A DNA stretch of 64,000 bases. It comes from Candidatus Bathyarchaeia archaeon (GTDB lineage: Archaea > Thermoproteota > Bathyarchaeia > Bathyarchaeales > Bathycorpusculaceae). How positions within the stretch are numbered: position 1 is the stretch's first letter; every line of letters starts with the position of its first letter. Made by a program: the position numbers and the translations under genes. The DNA is taken from contig JBEKOM010000003.1 of assembly GCA_049521795.1 (NCBI GenBank), positions 32,001 to 96,000 on the forward strand. Reading direction: 5' to 3'. Of this stretch, positions 19,215 to 29,199 are shown piece after piece. A model generated the notes under the pieces. That model had not been told where the DNA came from. It saw only the letters and a program-made list of their open reading frames with translations, and searched no databases.

Positions 19215-20117
19215 TCATGAATGACTGCAGGCTTTAGTGCGTTCGTAATGATACAGATACTCTTGTGCGTAACCCGCGTACTTGCCGAAGTACAGTCTTC
19301 CAAATAAGTTCAGCTGCCTGTATCCTGATTCGCTGAGGGATTTCTGACCTGAGATGGTGTCCACAAAATTGCTTGGAAAACTGCTAGCGTAATGCCTCAA
19401 AACTGCTCTTCTGATCCATACATCGACTGGAAAAGCATCGAGTTTTTCAAGGGAAAAAAGCAGGACACAGTCTGCCACCTTGGGGCCCACTCCTGGAAAT
19501 CTGAGCAATTCCTCTTTTGCTCGGTCATAAGCTGCCTTCTTTAATTGTTCCAGATCATAGGCGTTCTTGAAGATTTCCTTTGAGGTTTGTGAAACGTACT
19601 TCGCCCTGTAGCCAAGTTCACATTCTCTCAGACTATTCAGAGTTGCTTTGGCCAGTTTCATCGGGGTTGGAAACGTGAAGAAACTGTAACCGTCAAGAAC
19701 GACTTTTCTCCCGAATTTTCTGGAAAGATGCTGCAGCATCCGTTTTATTGCCGCAATATTCTTGTAGGTTGCGCAGATGTACGAGATGAGACATTCCCAT
19801 GGGTCTTGCCTGAGAATGCGAAGACCCTTGAACTCTTTAATCGCCTTCTCTATGTGCTTGTCTCTGTTGATTTGTGAAAAAATCTCTGGCAGGTCATCGT
19901 TCAACCCGAAGTATCTCTTGACGAAGGTTTCGCGTGCGTTTTCAAACTCCAGCTTGTCTCCGCTCTGTCGAACTTTGAAAACATCTTCTCCGACTGTGCC
20001 GTACCACCAAGCGCCCTGTTTTTCCCACGGGAACGTCTGTCCACAGCACAAAGTGAAGTTCAAGTCAAAAGGAAGCGGAAGATCCAGTTGAACCATGGTC
20101 GATCTCACGCTATTCAT
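19215..20117 (-). CDS. 8-oxoguanine DNA glycosylase (OGG1/AlkA HhH-GPD family)
   Basis: TLCCGQTF, GLRILRQDPWECLISYI, LGYRAKY, FPGVGPKVADC, AFPVDVWI, YAGYAQEYLY. Confidence 0.92.
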   Translation of the reverse strand: MNSVRSTMVQLDLPLPFDLNFTLCCGQTFPWEKQGAWWYGTVGEDVFKVRQSGDKLEFENARETFVKRYFGLNDDLPEIFSQINRDKHIEKAIKEFKGLRILRQDPWECLISYICATYKNIAAIKRMLQHLSRKFGRKVVLDGYSFFTFPTPMKLAKATLNSLRECELGYRAKYVSQTSKEIFKNAYDLEQLKKAAYDRAKEELLRFPGVGPKVADCVLLFSLEKLDAFPVDVWIRRAVLRHYASSFPSNFVDTISGQKSLSESGYRQLNLFGRLYFGKYAGYAQEYLYHYERTKACSHS

Positions 20118-20179
20118 TCTTCAAAGTAGTTTTAAACCCTTATTGATCAAGAATGCATGGAAAGCTGGCGACAGCGAGG

Positions 20180-22363
20180 TCACCTGAGGATTTCGTCCAC
20201 AAAAGCCCTCGGTTGAGGCACTTCAGCCGGCAAACCTCTTCGCACACGGAGCTGCTTGACCACTTCGGCCTCAAGCTTTTCAGACATTTTCTCCCAGTGG
20301 TTGAAGGTCAGCTGCAAAAAAACATGGCCGGAGGTTGCGGTCCGCATTTCTGCAGGGAGGCCGAAAGTCTGTGCGACTGGAACGTAGCCTGTTATGATTG
20401 CTGCCAGTCCTTTCTGCTCAGTGGCCTCTATTTTTCCGTGTCTGCGAGTTATTATCTTGGAGCACGCGCCAAGCCATTGCAACGGAACGGACACTTCGAC
20501 CTTGTAAATCGGCTCCAACAGTGTAGGGTTCCCTGTCAGCAACGAACCCAGAATCGCGCGGCTTATCGCCCGCATGACTTGGCTTGGTTCTCGATTTTCG
20601 GGATTTCTGTCAAACTTCACGTCCATAAGCTTGACTTTCACGCCTCTCAAAGGCTGTTCGCTAAGAGGCCCGGTTCTGCACGTCCAGATGAAACCTGACA
20701 CGACATCGTTCTTCACCTCCTGAAGATGCTCAGTGTGCTTGGTTGAATCTACTAGAATGTTGATGTGCTCGTCCACGGCCCAAATCTCTTCGTCCACATT
20801 TTTTGCAAGCTTGTCTTCACTGCGTGTTAGGCCCTTTTCTAGGATTGTTATCGTTTTCCTTTCAAGCGGCTCTGTCTGAACCCAGAACTCGTTAAGCTTG
20901 TTAGGACTCTTCGTCATCACGAGTGCTCCACTTTTGAGAACAGTTTCTCTGTACGCTGCAATCGGGCTGGTTGCATCAAGCTTGACGTCACCGATGTGCT
21001 TCTTCAAGAAGTTCATGGCAACGTCCAGGTGAAGCTCGCCCATTCCGCTGAGCAAGTGTTGGCCCGTTTCAGTGTCCACGGTTGCTACGAGGTTTGGGTC
21101 TTCAATCGAAAGTCTTTTCAGTCCCTCAAGAAGGCTTCCTAGGTCTTTAGGGTTCTTCGGTTCTACCGCTATGGTCATAACGGGCTCTGACTCGCGGAGG
21201 GCATTCTCAAACGGAATGCAGATGCTCTTGTGTTCAGCATCGACGACCGTTTCCCCGGCCCTTGCTGATTCAAGTCCTGTCAACGCTGCAATGTTGCCAG
21301 CAGAAATGTGGCTCACAGCTTCCCTGAAAGCACTCATGTAAAGGGAAACGCTTTGCACGCAGTGGTCTTTGCCTGCGCTAACCAAGTGAACATTGTCGCC
21401 TTTTTCCACAGATCCCGAGAAGATCCGTCCAGTGGCAACCAAACCCTCGTTCTGAACTATCTGAGCCGCAGTTATGTCTATCACCGTTGGCCCTTGGTCG
21501 TCGCAGTTCACCATTGCCTGACCGATCTCCGACGTCAAACTGCCCTTCCAGATCTTTGGAACGCGGTATCGTTGGCTTTCTACAGGGCTTGGCAGGTTCT
21601 TCACGACCATGTCAAGTATTGCGGTGTGAAGAGGAACAACCTGCGAGAGTTCCTGCCATGCTTCATGCTCATAGGCGTCCGTGAAGTCACCATCACTGAA
21701 CCTCATGCCTTTCTTCTCAGCTATTTCCAAGGTGAATCCCCACCTGTGTAGCGCTGAACCGAAGACGACGCTCTGTTTTGAAGGGTCAACTTTCCAGTTC
21801 TCCTTGAACCTTGGCTCACAATAAATCTCGATGATGTTGTTGAAATCCGTGATAATTCGGACAAACTTTTTCTGAATCGCATCGGGGGAAAGCTTCAGCT
21901 CCCTTATCAGACGGTCAACCTTATTTATGAAAAGAACAGGTCTCACCCTCTCCTCAAGAGCCTGACGCGTGACAGTTTCCGTCTGAGCCATCACCTCTTC
22001 AACGGCGTCCACAACGACGATCGCACCGTCAACCGCGCGCAAAGCCCTCGTCACTTTACCAGTGAAGTCCACGTGCCCAGGAGTGTCCACCAAGTTTATC
22101 AGATAAGGAGACCCGTCCACTTCATGCAGAAACGAAATGTTTGCCGTCTTAATCGTGATGCCGCGTCTTTGCTCTTCTTCCAAATAGTCCAGAACTCTTG
22201 CTGAACCTGCTACGCGTGACGGCAGAAGTCCCGCTTCGACCAGCAGCGAATCGGTCATCGTTGTCTTCCCATGATCGATGTGGGCCACCACGCAGACGTT
22301 GCGAATACGCTCTTTCTTGCCCATCAACCTCAGCAACTCTGCCGTCTGCCGAAACTTTGGCAC
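20180..22363 (-). CDS. Elongation factor 2 paralogue (aEF-2p-like) lacking the diphthamide His
   Basis: AHIDHGKTT, RGITI, DTPGHVDF, NKVD, GMGELHL; domain IV loop reads DRNPENREPSQ rather than HxDxxHRGxxQ. Confidence 0.9.
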   Translation of the reverse strand: MPKFRQTAELLRLMGKKERIRNVCVVAHIDHGKTTMTDSLLVEAGLLPSRVAGSARVLDYLEEEQRRGITIKTANISFLHEVDGSPYLINLVDTPGHVDFTGKVTRALRAVDGAIVVVDAVEEVMAQTETVTRQALEERVRPVLFINKVDRLIRELKLSPDAIQKKFVRIITDFNNIIEIYCEPRFKENWKVDPSKQSVVFGSALHRWGFTLEIAEKKGMRFSDGDFTDAYEHEAWQELSQVVPLHTAILDMVVKNLPSPVESQRYRVPKIWKGSLTSEIGQAMVNCDDQGPTVIDITAAQIVQNEGLVATGRIFSGSVEKGDNVHLVSAGKDHCVQSVSLYMSAFREAVSHISAGNIAALTGLESARAGETVVDAEHKSICIPFENALRESEPVMTIAVEPKNPKDLGSLLEGLKRLSIEDPNLVATVDTETGQHLLSGMGELHLDVAMNFLKKHIGDVKLDATSPIAAYRETVLKSGALVMTKSPNKLNEFWVQTEPLERKTITILEKGLTRSEDKLAKNVDEEIWAVDEHINILVDSTKHTEHLQEVKNDVVSGFIWTCRTGPLSEQPLRGVKVKLMDVKFDRNPENREPSQVMRAISRAILGSLLTGNPTLLEPIYKVEVSVPLQWLGACSKIITRRHGKIEATEQKGLAAIITGYVPVAQTFGLPAEMRTATSGHVFLQLTFNHWEKMSEKLEAEVVKQLRVRRGLPAEVPQPRAFVDEILR

Positions 22364-22680
22364 GCCTCACACCCACTTCAAGACTGATACCTTTTCTATA
22401 TTCCAATTAGAATTAGAATGTTTAGAACTTCTCCGAGATTTGCTTTATCATCCAAATGCGTGTTCCTTCCCTGATCTGAGCAGAATTCCAGAAGAGGAGG
22501 GTTTGCAGCAAAATGGGCGTGTGCAGAGGTTCTTCTTATACGAAGCCTCGTAAACGACTAAGTCCTTCTTCGCCCTTTGAACGCAGACTTCCACTCGTGC
22601 TCGTTCAAAAGCGTACTCTTGCAGCAAAGGTTTAAGGCTGTTGGAAGTAGTTGACTTGGCTTGAACAGGTGTGACGTGAC

Positions 22681-23070
22681 TTGAAAAGAACAGTAGCCCT
22701 AGTGGCTCATGACAACAAAAAGACTGATCTCGTGGAATGGGTTGAATTTAACAAGGGTACATTGGCGCTTCACAACCTTTATGCAACAGGGGGAACAGGG
22801 AAAAAGATCATAGAGAAAACAGGCCTAAACGTTGCCTTACTCAAGGACGGCTCTCAGGGAGGAGACATGGAGCTCGGCGCTTTGATAGCTAACAGAAAAT
22901 TAGATTATCTGATCTTCTTCTGGGACCCGTTGGAATCTCTTCCTCATGACGTTGACGTTAAGGCCCTTCTCAGGATAGCCGTCCTCTACAACATCCCGAC
23001 TGCCTGCAACCGAGCGACAGCGGACCTAATCATCTCGAGCCCACTGTTCTCGAGAGAATACAAACCCTAG
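22681..23070 (+). CDS. mgsA: Methylglyoxal synthase
   Basis: VALVAHDNKK, LYATGGTG, FFWDPLESLPHDVDVKALLR, PTACNRATAD. Confidence 0.93.
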   Translation: MKRTVALVAHDNKKTDLVEWVEFNKGTLALHNLYATGGTGKKIIEKTGLNVALLKDGSQGGDMELGALIANRKLDYLIFFWDPLESLPHDVDVKALLRIAVLYNIPTACNRATADLIISSPLFSREYKP

Positions 23071-23149
23071 CCGCAACACTGCAAATTGCAAAATGGAAAT
23101 TCTAGATAGTGCGCGCTCGGCTAAAGGTTATGAAAATCTCGTAAGCACG

Positions 23150-23654
23150 TACCTACAGCGAAAGGCTTTCAGCGTGGTCGGCGTTGACAGTTCTCCCCTC
23201 GCCGTCAAAAGTCTGCAAACTGAGAGGGCTAAAGAAAGCCAGGGTGATGTCTCTTGAAAACCTACGCTTCAAACCCAACGCTTTTGGTACGGTACTCATG
23301 TTCGGCGGAAACTTCGGCTTTATGGGCAACTCTAAGAAAACGAGAAGACTGTTCAAGAAACTTCGAAGGATAACCTCCAAGAACGCTATTGTCATAGCCG
23401 AAACACGGGACCCCTACAAGACAGACAACCCGCTGCACTTGGAGTATCACAGACTAAACAGGAGCAGGGGAAAACTGGGCGGACAGACAAAGACAAGAGT
23501 GCGGTTTGAAAAAACAGTCACAAAATGGATTGAATGGTTAATCGTGTCCAAAGAAGAAATGAAACAGATCATCAACGGAACAGGATGGAAAATCAGTCGA
23601 TTCATAGACTCTGAAGACGCAGGATACGTAGCAATAATGGAAAAAGCTGCTTGA
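23150..23654 (+). pseudogene. Truncated, frameshifted class I SAM methyltransferase
   Basis: YLQRKAFSVVGVDSSPLAVK, then an extra A in the run at 23207-23210, continuing VCKLRGLKK...FGGNFG; motif I missing. Confidence 0.65.
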
Positions 23655-23680
23655 GTAGCAAACAGCTAGCTTGGGTTTGT

Positions 23681-23814
23681 TGGCGCCGGGAGTGGGACTT
23701 GAACCCGCGCGGCCCCAAAGGGCCACTGGCTTACTTGCTAGGAACAGATTCCCAAACATAAGCGCATTTTCTTTTGCCTCAAGGCCAGCGCATTAACCAC
23801 TCTGCCATCCCGGC
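23681..23814 (-). tRNA. tRNA-Ser (UGA) with a 46-nt intron at 37/38, CCA encoded
   Basis: GCCGGGA acceptor, long variable arm GGCCCTTTGGGGCC, CTTG/CAAG bulge-helix-bulge. Confidence 0.9.
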
Positions 23815-23991
23815 TCGTAGCTAGTTACGTTTCTTGTTTTTTAAAACCTTTTGTGTTGGCTTTCGAATGATAGACCACCAGTCGCTCTTTTGGAGAACGG
23901 CTTTCTATTATGCGAAGGTGAGACTCCCCCAGTCCGGTCTGCCGTCTCGGCTTTCATACTAGTTACGTTTGGTGTTTCTTAGAATCTTTTC

Positions 23992-24777
23992 ATGAAGCCT
24001 ATGTATAGGCGCTGGGCTGTTCTGTTAGCATCAAGCATTAATAATACTTTAACGTCGACATTGATGGGGCCTTGTGGCTTCGTGGAGAGCTATCTCGTCT
24101 ATGCTTCAGCGACGCTTGTCGCATCGGGTTCAATAGCCTTGGCTCTCGCTGTGTTTCTGCGCCTGAGACTTAACAAGCTGAGGGGTCTTTCAAAGAACGC
24201 TGAGGCTAGCGTGTTTGACAAAACCTTTGTTGTGTTTGACCCGTACGAAAAAATCACGATTTTTCACAAATTGCTTTCCCTCTTGCCCTTCGTGCCGCTA
24301 ATCATCGGCTTCGGCGCCGGTTTGCTCTTCTTGGTGATCATCGACTCAGGTCTCTTGCTGACATCTCTCGTGTTGATTATGGCGCTGGGCCTGATCGTCT
24401 TGGAAGAGTTGCCTGAGGTGTACGCTGAGTCGAAGACCCTTATCAAGGCGATACAGGGTGGAAGCAGCCTTGGGATTGGTGATATTAGGCTCCTTCAGGT
24501 GACAAAGAAGATTCTGCCCCGCCTCAGCTTCTACTACGTTGGTCTTTCAGCTTTTCTCTTTGCTTTCGCGGCGGTCCTGCCTATCGTGTGGTCTTCAGCC
24601 CTATGGTACTTCGCACTGTCCATCGGCCTTTTCCTTCAGACGAGCAAAGCAGCCGGGCCAATAAGCTGGATGATAGTCATTGCTCTCTTTGCCTTGGCTG
24701 TTGCTGCCTTCGTTTTCTTGGCAACGATGGCCAAAAGCCGAATTTTCGGTCATAAGACGGACTTAGGAGCTGTCTAA
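23992..24777 (+). CDS. Hypothetical polytopic membrane protein (start uncertain)
   Basis: Several hydrophobic segments in a 261-aa ORF. Confidence 0.65.
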   Translation: MKPMYRRWAVLLASSINNTLTSTLMGPCGFVESYLVYASATLVASGSIALALAVFLRLRLNKLRGLSKNAEASVFDKTFVVFDPYEKITIFHKLLSLLPFVPLIIGFGAGLLFLVIIDSGLLLTSLVLIMALGLIVLEELPEVYAESKTLIKAIQGGSSLGIGDIRLLQVTKKILPRLSFYYVGLSAFLFAFAAVLPIVWSSALWYFALSIGLFLQTSKAAGPISWMIVIALFALAVAAFVFLATMAKSRIFGHKTDLGAV

Positions 24778-24960
24778 GAAACCGCTTAGAACAGGCAGCT
24801 GGGGCGTTCATGAAAAGCGCGTTGGCTTGTCCCTAAATTCGCAAAAAGCGCTTATCTGAGAGCATATACGTTTTGCATATACAGTTGACGAGCACCGTTG
24901 AAGACGGCGAGGCGCGCGCTAGGACTGATGGGAGCTCGTACAGTTGGACAGGTACACACA

Positions 24961-25467
24961 CTATTTTGCATCTGCCAGATATTTCAGGTGAAATGGTTTT
25001 CTAATAGTTCTTTGGTTAATGTCTGAAATGAAGCTTTGGCTTTCGATCAATACGTCTGAAAACTCGCTGTCGTGCTTTCTCATGAACTCTGCAAAGTCTG
25101 AATAGCTCTTGTGGAATGAAACAAAGATGCCATCCCATCCCATTCCTTGCCCTTCTATGGCTAAGATAACGTTTGGTTGTTTCATCATCCACTCTTCCAC
25201 CTTCCTGAAGGATTTATCCCTCACTTCGGGCGTGGCATACTTGATCTTGTGCTTTACAAAGCTGAACGCAACAAGTTCATAACCGGCTTTTTCCCATTTT
25301 GGTATCGCCGTATATCCATCAATGAAGTCCTTTTCAAGGGCTATCCTTCTCCTGCTGACAGTAGGTTGCGACACACCCAGAGTCCTGGCTAGCTCTCTGT
25401 CACTCCTGCGACTATTCTTCATCAGCTCATGCAGAAGTTTGTAGTCGATAGTTTTCATTTTCTCCAT
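24961..25467 (-). CDS. Lrp/AsnC family transcriptional regulator
   Basis: NSRRSDRELARTLGVSQPTVSRRR HTH; paralogue of 17030-17554. Confidence 0.9.
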   Translation of the reverse strand: MEKMKTIDYKLLHELMKNSRRSDRELARTLGVSQPTVSRRRIALEKDFIDGYTAIPKWEKAGYELVAFSFVKHKIKYATPEVRDKSFRKVEEWMMKQPNVILAIEGQGMGWDGIFVSFHKSYSDFAEFMRKHDSEFSDVLIESQSFISDINQRTIRKPFHLKYLADAK

Positions 25468-25585
25468 ATCACATCATTGATTAGTTCTTTTTGGAGTTCT
25501 TATGACTTGTGGAAGAAATCCTATGCATACAATAGTCCAAGATACGGTGAAAAACTTCCAGAGGGTCTCTGAAATCTTTGTAGCT

Positions 25586-26077
25586 TTAGGCTTTTGATTG
25601 CTGAAGCTTCTGTTCTTTCTTCTTCATTTCATTGTATAGGTATTCAAACCACTCAAAGAATTCTGGGTTGTGATATTCCTTTCTCATACCTTCAGCGAGA
25701 GGCTTCATCTTCTCCCACATTATGTCTATGGGAAAAAGTTGACTAATCAGAGAAGCGTCTATGAGCCCATTTCTGAAGAGAACCCCAATTTGCTCAAAGA
25801 AGTTGCCCATCATCATGAACGACATGGGAACCTGGTTTCTAGACATGGGTTTTCCATACCTTTTTACAAAATCGTCGTAGTCTTTGAACTCAACTTCGAA
25901 GATATCCACAAATGCTTCTAAGAATTCTTTGTTTGTGGAGATATCATAGGAGAGTCTGGTTACAAGGTCTGTTTGTCTCTGCCTTACCAGATGTCTAAGT
26001 TCCTGAACAGTCAGAACAACACCTACCAGCACGCCTGCTGCTGCAACCATTGCTGAAATCTCTGTAATGTCAACCAT
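25586..26077 (-). CDS. DUF4760-like protein
   Basis: MVDITEISAMVAAAGVLVGVVLTV, RQTDLV, FFEQIGVL, FEWFEYLYNEMKK. Confidence 0.8.
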   Translation of the reverse strand: MVDITEISAMVAAAGVLVGVVLTVQELRHLVRQRQTDLVTRLSYDISTNKEFLEAFVDIFEVEFKDYDDFVKRYGKPMSRNQVPMSFMMMGNFFEQIGVLFRNGLIDASLISQLFPIDIMWEKMKPLAEGMRKEYHNPEFFEWFEYLYNEMKKKEQKLQQSKA

Positions 26078-26564
26078 TCTTCACACCTTTTTGCTGGAGT
26101 CGCTGTTCTCTTTTCCTCATTTCATTGTAGAGATATTCGATGTGTTCAGCATATTGTGGATAGTTGAACTTTTTCCTAGTGTCTTCTGCTATTGGTTTCA
26201 GTTTTTCCCAGAACCATTTGCTTGGTCCAGTGAAGAGGTCGTCAACCAGCCTTATGTCTATTAGTTTATTCTTTAAGAGAACACCTAATGCTTCAAAGAG
26301 GTAAGTAGACTCAGGCGTAGGATTAGAACGAATATTATATTTCTTAACAAAGTCGTTGTAGTCTTTGTAGTCGCCCTTGATGAATTCAGTCCAATGTTCT
26401 TGGAACTCATTACTGCCAAAAGTGGCATATAACCTCAGGACAAGGTCTGTCTCTCTTGTTCTAGCTTGGTGACGAATATCTAGAATGTAGTAGACAACAC
26501 CCATAATGACGCCTGCAGAAGCAATAGCTACAGAAATAGTCTGAACATCAACCACTATTGACAC
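26070..26564 (-). CDS. DUF4760-like protein
   Basis: N-terminal TM, RETDLVLRLY, FEALGVLLKNKLID, EYLYNEMRKRE. Confidence 0.78.
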   Translation of the reverse strand: MSIVVDVQTISVAIASAGVIMGVVYYILDIRHQARTRETDLVLRLYATFGSNEFQEHWTEFIKGDYKDYNDFVKKYNIRSNPTPESTYLFEALGVLLKNKLIDIRLVDDLFTGPSKWFWEKLKPIAEDTRKKFNYPQYAEHIEYLYNEMRKREQRLQQKGVKNG

Positions 26565-26697
26565 CCAGAAGACAAGATTAGCCGAGATCAGTATTAAAGA
26601 CTACATCATATAGAGAACGACATAGAAAAGAAGCTTCCAGTTGTCATTCAGAAAAGACAATAAAAGAAAGTGATGGTCTGATATGCTTTTGCTGTTC

Positions 26698-27168
26698 TTA
26701 ACTCTTCTTTGGCTTTTTCAGCATTGAGCCAGCATACAGCCCGATGAAAGTCAATACCAAGATCAGTACGACATTCAGAACGACGTAGGTCATTAGTGCC
26801 AATTGTCCATAAACGTACCAATCCGTTTTTGTCCACGCACCCGTAGCGTACATACTCTTTAGGGTTTCATCAATCCAATCTTTGTAATAGGGATTGGCAG
26901 CAGCACTTATCATCACATAAAAAGCCACGACCCATGCGGACAAAACAGATATTTTACCGACTGCTCTAATTCTGGATTCTTCTTGTATCTTTCCAGCAAG
27001 AACGTAGCCTACAACTAATGCGGCGATTAGCATGGATATGATTCCAGCAGAATTCATTCCCCAATAAGAGCTTATGGACGGAATCAAAGCTGCACCTAAG
27101 ACAAACCAAATCATAACATCAATCACATCTATAGAAGCCACAGCTAGAATTACGTCACCAAATTTCAA
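26698..27168 (-). CDS. Hypothetical 4-TM membrane protein
   Basis: TTG start (LKFGDVIL) after GGAGGTGA; four hydrophobic helices. Confidence 0.7.
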   Translation of the reverse strand: MKFGDVILAVASIDVIDVMIWFVLGAALIPSISSYWGMNSAGIISMLIAALVVGYVLAGKIQEESRIRAVGKISVLSAWVVAFYVMISAAANPYYKDWIDETLKSMYATGAWTKTDWYVYGQLALMTYVVLNVVLILVLTFIGLYAGSMLKKPKKS

Positions 27169-27253
27169 CCTATCACCTCCCTTGAAGCCAAAAACACATG
27201 TGTGTTCTCGGTTCACCTATAAGGTTTACGAAAAACCTAAAAACTGATCATCT

Positions 27254-27793
27254 TCAAACGGTTCTTGTCAGTATTTGTGGTTCTTTCCATTCATCCCTGA
27301 GGATGCTGAACATGACGGTGTCTCTCCATTCTCCATTACTGAAAAATCGTTTTCGCATTATCCCTTCTTTTTGGAAACCTGAATTCTCTAGAACCTTTTG
27401 TGAGGCAACATTTCCAACATCTGTCGTGGCTTGAATGCAAGCTATGTCTTTTGAGAGAAACAAGTAATCCACCATCATCTTTGTAGCTTCGGTGCAGTAG
27501 CCTTTTCCTCTTTCGCTTGGAAGTAATGCATATCCTATTTCCTGCATTTTCGTATAGGGTGCAAGCATGTTGAAGTGTGCTATGCCACCGATTTTGGTTC
27601 CGTCTTTCTTCTCAATAATGAATTGTCTATATTCCAAGGGATTGGTTTCAAAAGTCTTCTCCATGTCTGTCTTGGTTCTCTGTATTGGAGAGAAATATTC
27701 ACCCCAGAACTCGGGGTTGTTCATCCATTCCGCAATCAGAGGCAAGTCCTCCTTTTCCACAACCCTCAGATTCACACTCTTGCCTTCAAGCAA
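27254..27793 (-). CDS. GNAT acetyltransferase (RimJ/RimL-like)
   Basis: EIGYALLPSERGKGY, NVASQKVLENSGFQKEG. Confidence 0.9.
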   Translation of the reverse strand: MLEGKSVNLRVVEKEDLPLIAEWMNNPEFWGEYFSPIQRTKTDMEKTFETNPLEYRQFIIEKKDGTKIGGIAHFNMLAPYTKMQEIGYALLPSERGKGYCTEATKMMVDYLFLSKDIACIQATTDVGNVASQKVLENSGFQKEGIMRKRFFSNGEWRDTVMFSILRDEWKEPQILTRTV

Positions 27794-27887
27794 TCTGTAT
27801 CACCACATGTTTCATCGAATGTTTTCAGCTCTTATGGTTTGTGATTGACCACTCTAAGCTTAGAGCAACCGTACTACGATGAAAAAC

Positions 27888-28637
27888 CTACAGAGCCCCA
27901 GAAATCTTTGGTTGTCTCTTTTCATAGACTATGACTGCTAGTAGTGTTGCTATCATAAAGAACGGCAGAATAAGGAAAGTTGGGAATTCTGGCACAACAT
28001 TACTCCAATGAATTGTCAGTTTGGGAGAATAATCTGTAAGATTAATTGGAGCTTCTTTAGATTCGAACGAAACCAAAGAATTCTGAATAGATGGTTCCCG
28101 TAAAACTACTGTTACTGCTTCAGCATTGCTGTTCAAAGCATTCTTGACAGCATCAACTGTGCTCCAATTATACCATTGATTATTGACCGTAACCAATACT
28201 GAGTCCATTGACGTTGTGTTGTAACTGGGCATATTGGAATATGTCAATGAAGACTCAGTCCACGAATAATTAGTGCAAAAATGAGCATGAACATCGTTTG
28301 TTCCATAAACGTTAGATGGATACAACTGAAGTGTAGCCACGTCAATCACAGCCCCTTTAGGAACAGAAGACAACTCGAATTTCAGCCATACTACCTCTTC
28401 AACTTCAGAAAATTGACCTCCATAGTAATGATACTCATTTAATGTTTCAAGTATGGTTTCTCCACCAAAGGTCAATGTTTGAAAACTTGAATCAACGAAT
28501 GTATCATCTGATGGCTTGAGTGTTACCTGTCCAGCCTGAGCATTAACTGTCTCGATACTTAGAGAAAAAACCAAGACTAGACTTAAAACTAGGGCAATGA
28601 CAATTTCTCTGAAAATATCGATTCTCTTTTCACTCAT
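27888..28637 (-). CDS. Secreted DNRLRE/CBM96-like domain protein with PEF-CTERM-type anchor
   Basis: Start MSEKRID; LKPSDDTFV, WLKFELSSVP, WTESSLTYSNMP; C-terminal VVPEFP-TM-basic. Confidence 0.75.
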   Translation of the reverse strand: MSEKRIDIFREIVIALVLSLVLVFSLSIETVNAQAGQVTLKPSDDTFVDSSFQTLTFGGETILETLNEYHYYGGQFSEVEEVVWLKFELSSVPKGAVIDVATLQLYPSNVYGTNDVHAHFCTNYSWTESSLTYSNMPSYNTTSMDSVLVTVNNQWYNWSTVDAVKNALNSNAEAVTVVLREPSIQNSLVSFESKEAPINLTDYSPKLTIHWSNVVPEFPTFLILPFFMIATLLAVIVYEKRQPKISGAL

Positions 28638-28873
28638 TCTTGAACCTCTAGTTCGTCTTCTGTTGTCGTGTAGCCTTAAGATTTCTGTCTTTTGGTGTCT
28701 GGCTAGGGAATAATATTGCATTTTGTCTAATGCCTTTTCCCTTGTTTATCGAAAACTCATCTTTCTCAAGAGTGTCCTGGACACCTCTGCCAATGTAAAG
28801 AAGATTGACCCAATTGACCCAAAGAACATTGACCTAAAACTCTTAAATAACAGCTCCTCAAGTGAAAATACGA

Positions 28874-28951
28874 GGGCCGGTAGTCTAGCTCGGTTAGGAC
28901 ATCTGCTTGACGTGCAGAAGGTCGCCGGTTCGAGTCCGGTCCGGCCCACCA
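28874..28951 (+). tRNA. tRNA-Val (GAC), CCA encoded
   Basis: GGGCCGG acceptor; TCTGC-TTGACGT-GCAGA anticodon arm; GGTTCGAGTCC T-arm. Confidence 0.93.
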
Positions 28952-29199
28952 AGAACCTTTTCTATCGAAGGAAGCTTCTAACGGGCATTTTGCATGAATT
29001 CGAACATCGTGTGCTAAGGGCAGAATTCGCGTTAAGTTCAAATATTAGCTTTCAGGTTGAATGACTGTATTCCTATCGAACGGTTGAGGGCGGCAAATAG
29101 TGATCAAGAATGGTTTGAGGGTTGATTCTTGCATTCGATTGTTTTGTTGTTTCTTGGTATTTGCCATCAAGGAGTTCCTTGCCCGCTAGGTGTTTGAAA

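Noticed and set aside
28723-29064. ORFs spanning tRNA-Val
   Set aside because: Spurious translations of the tRNA gene.
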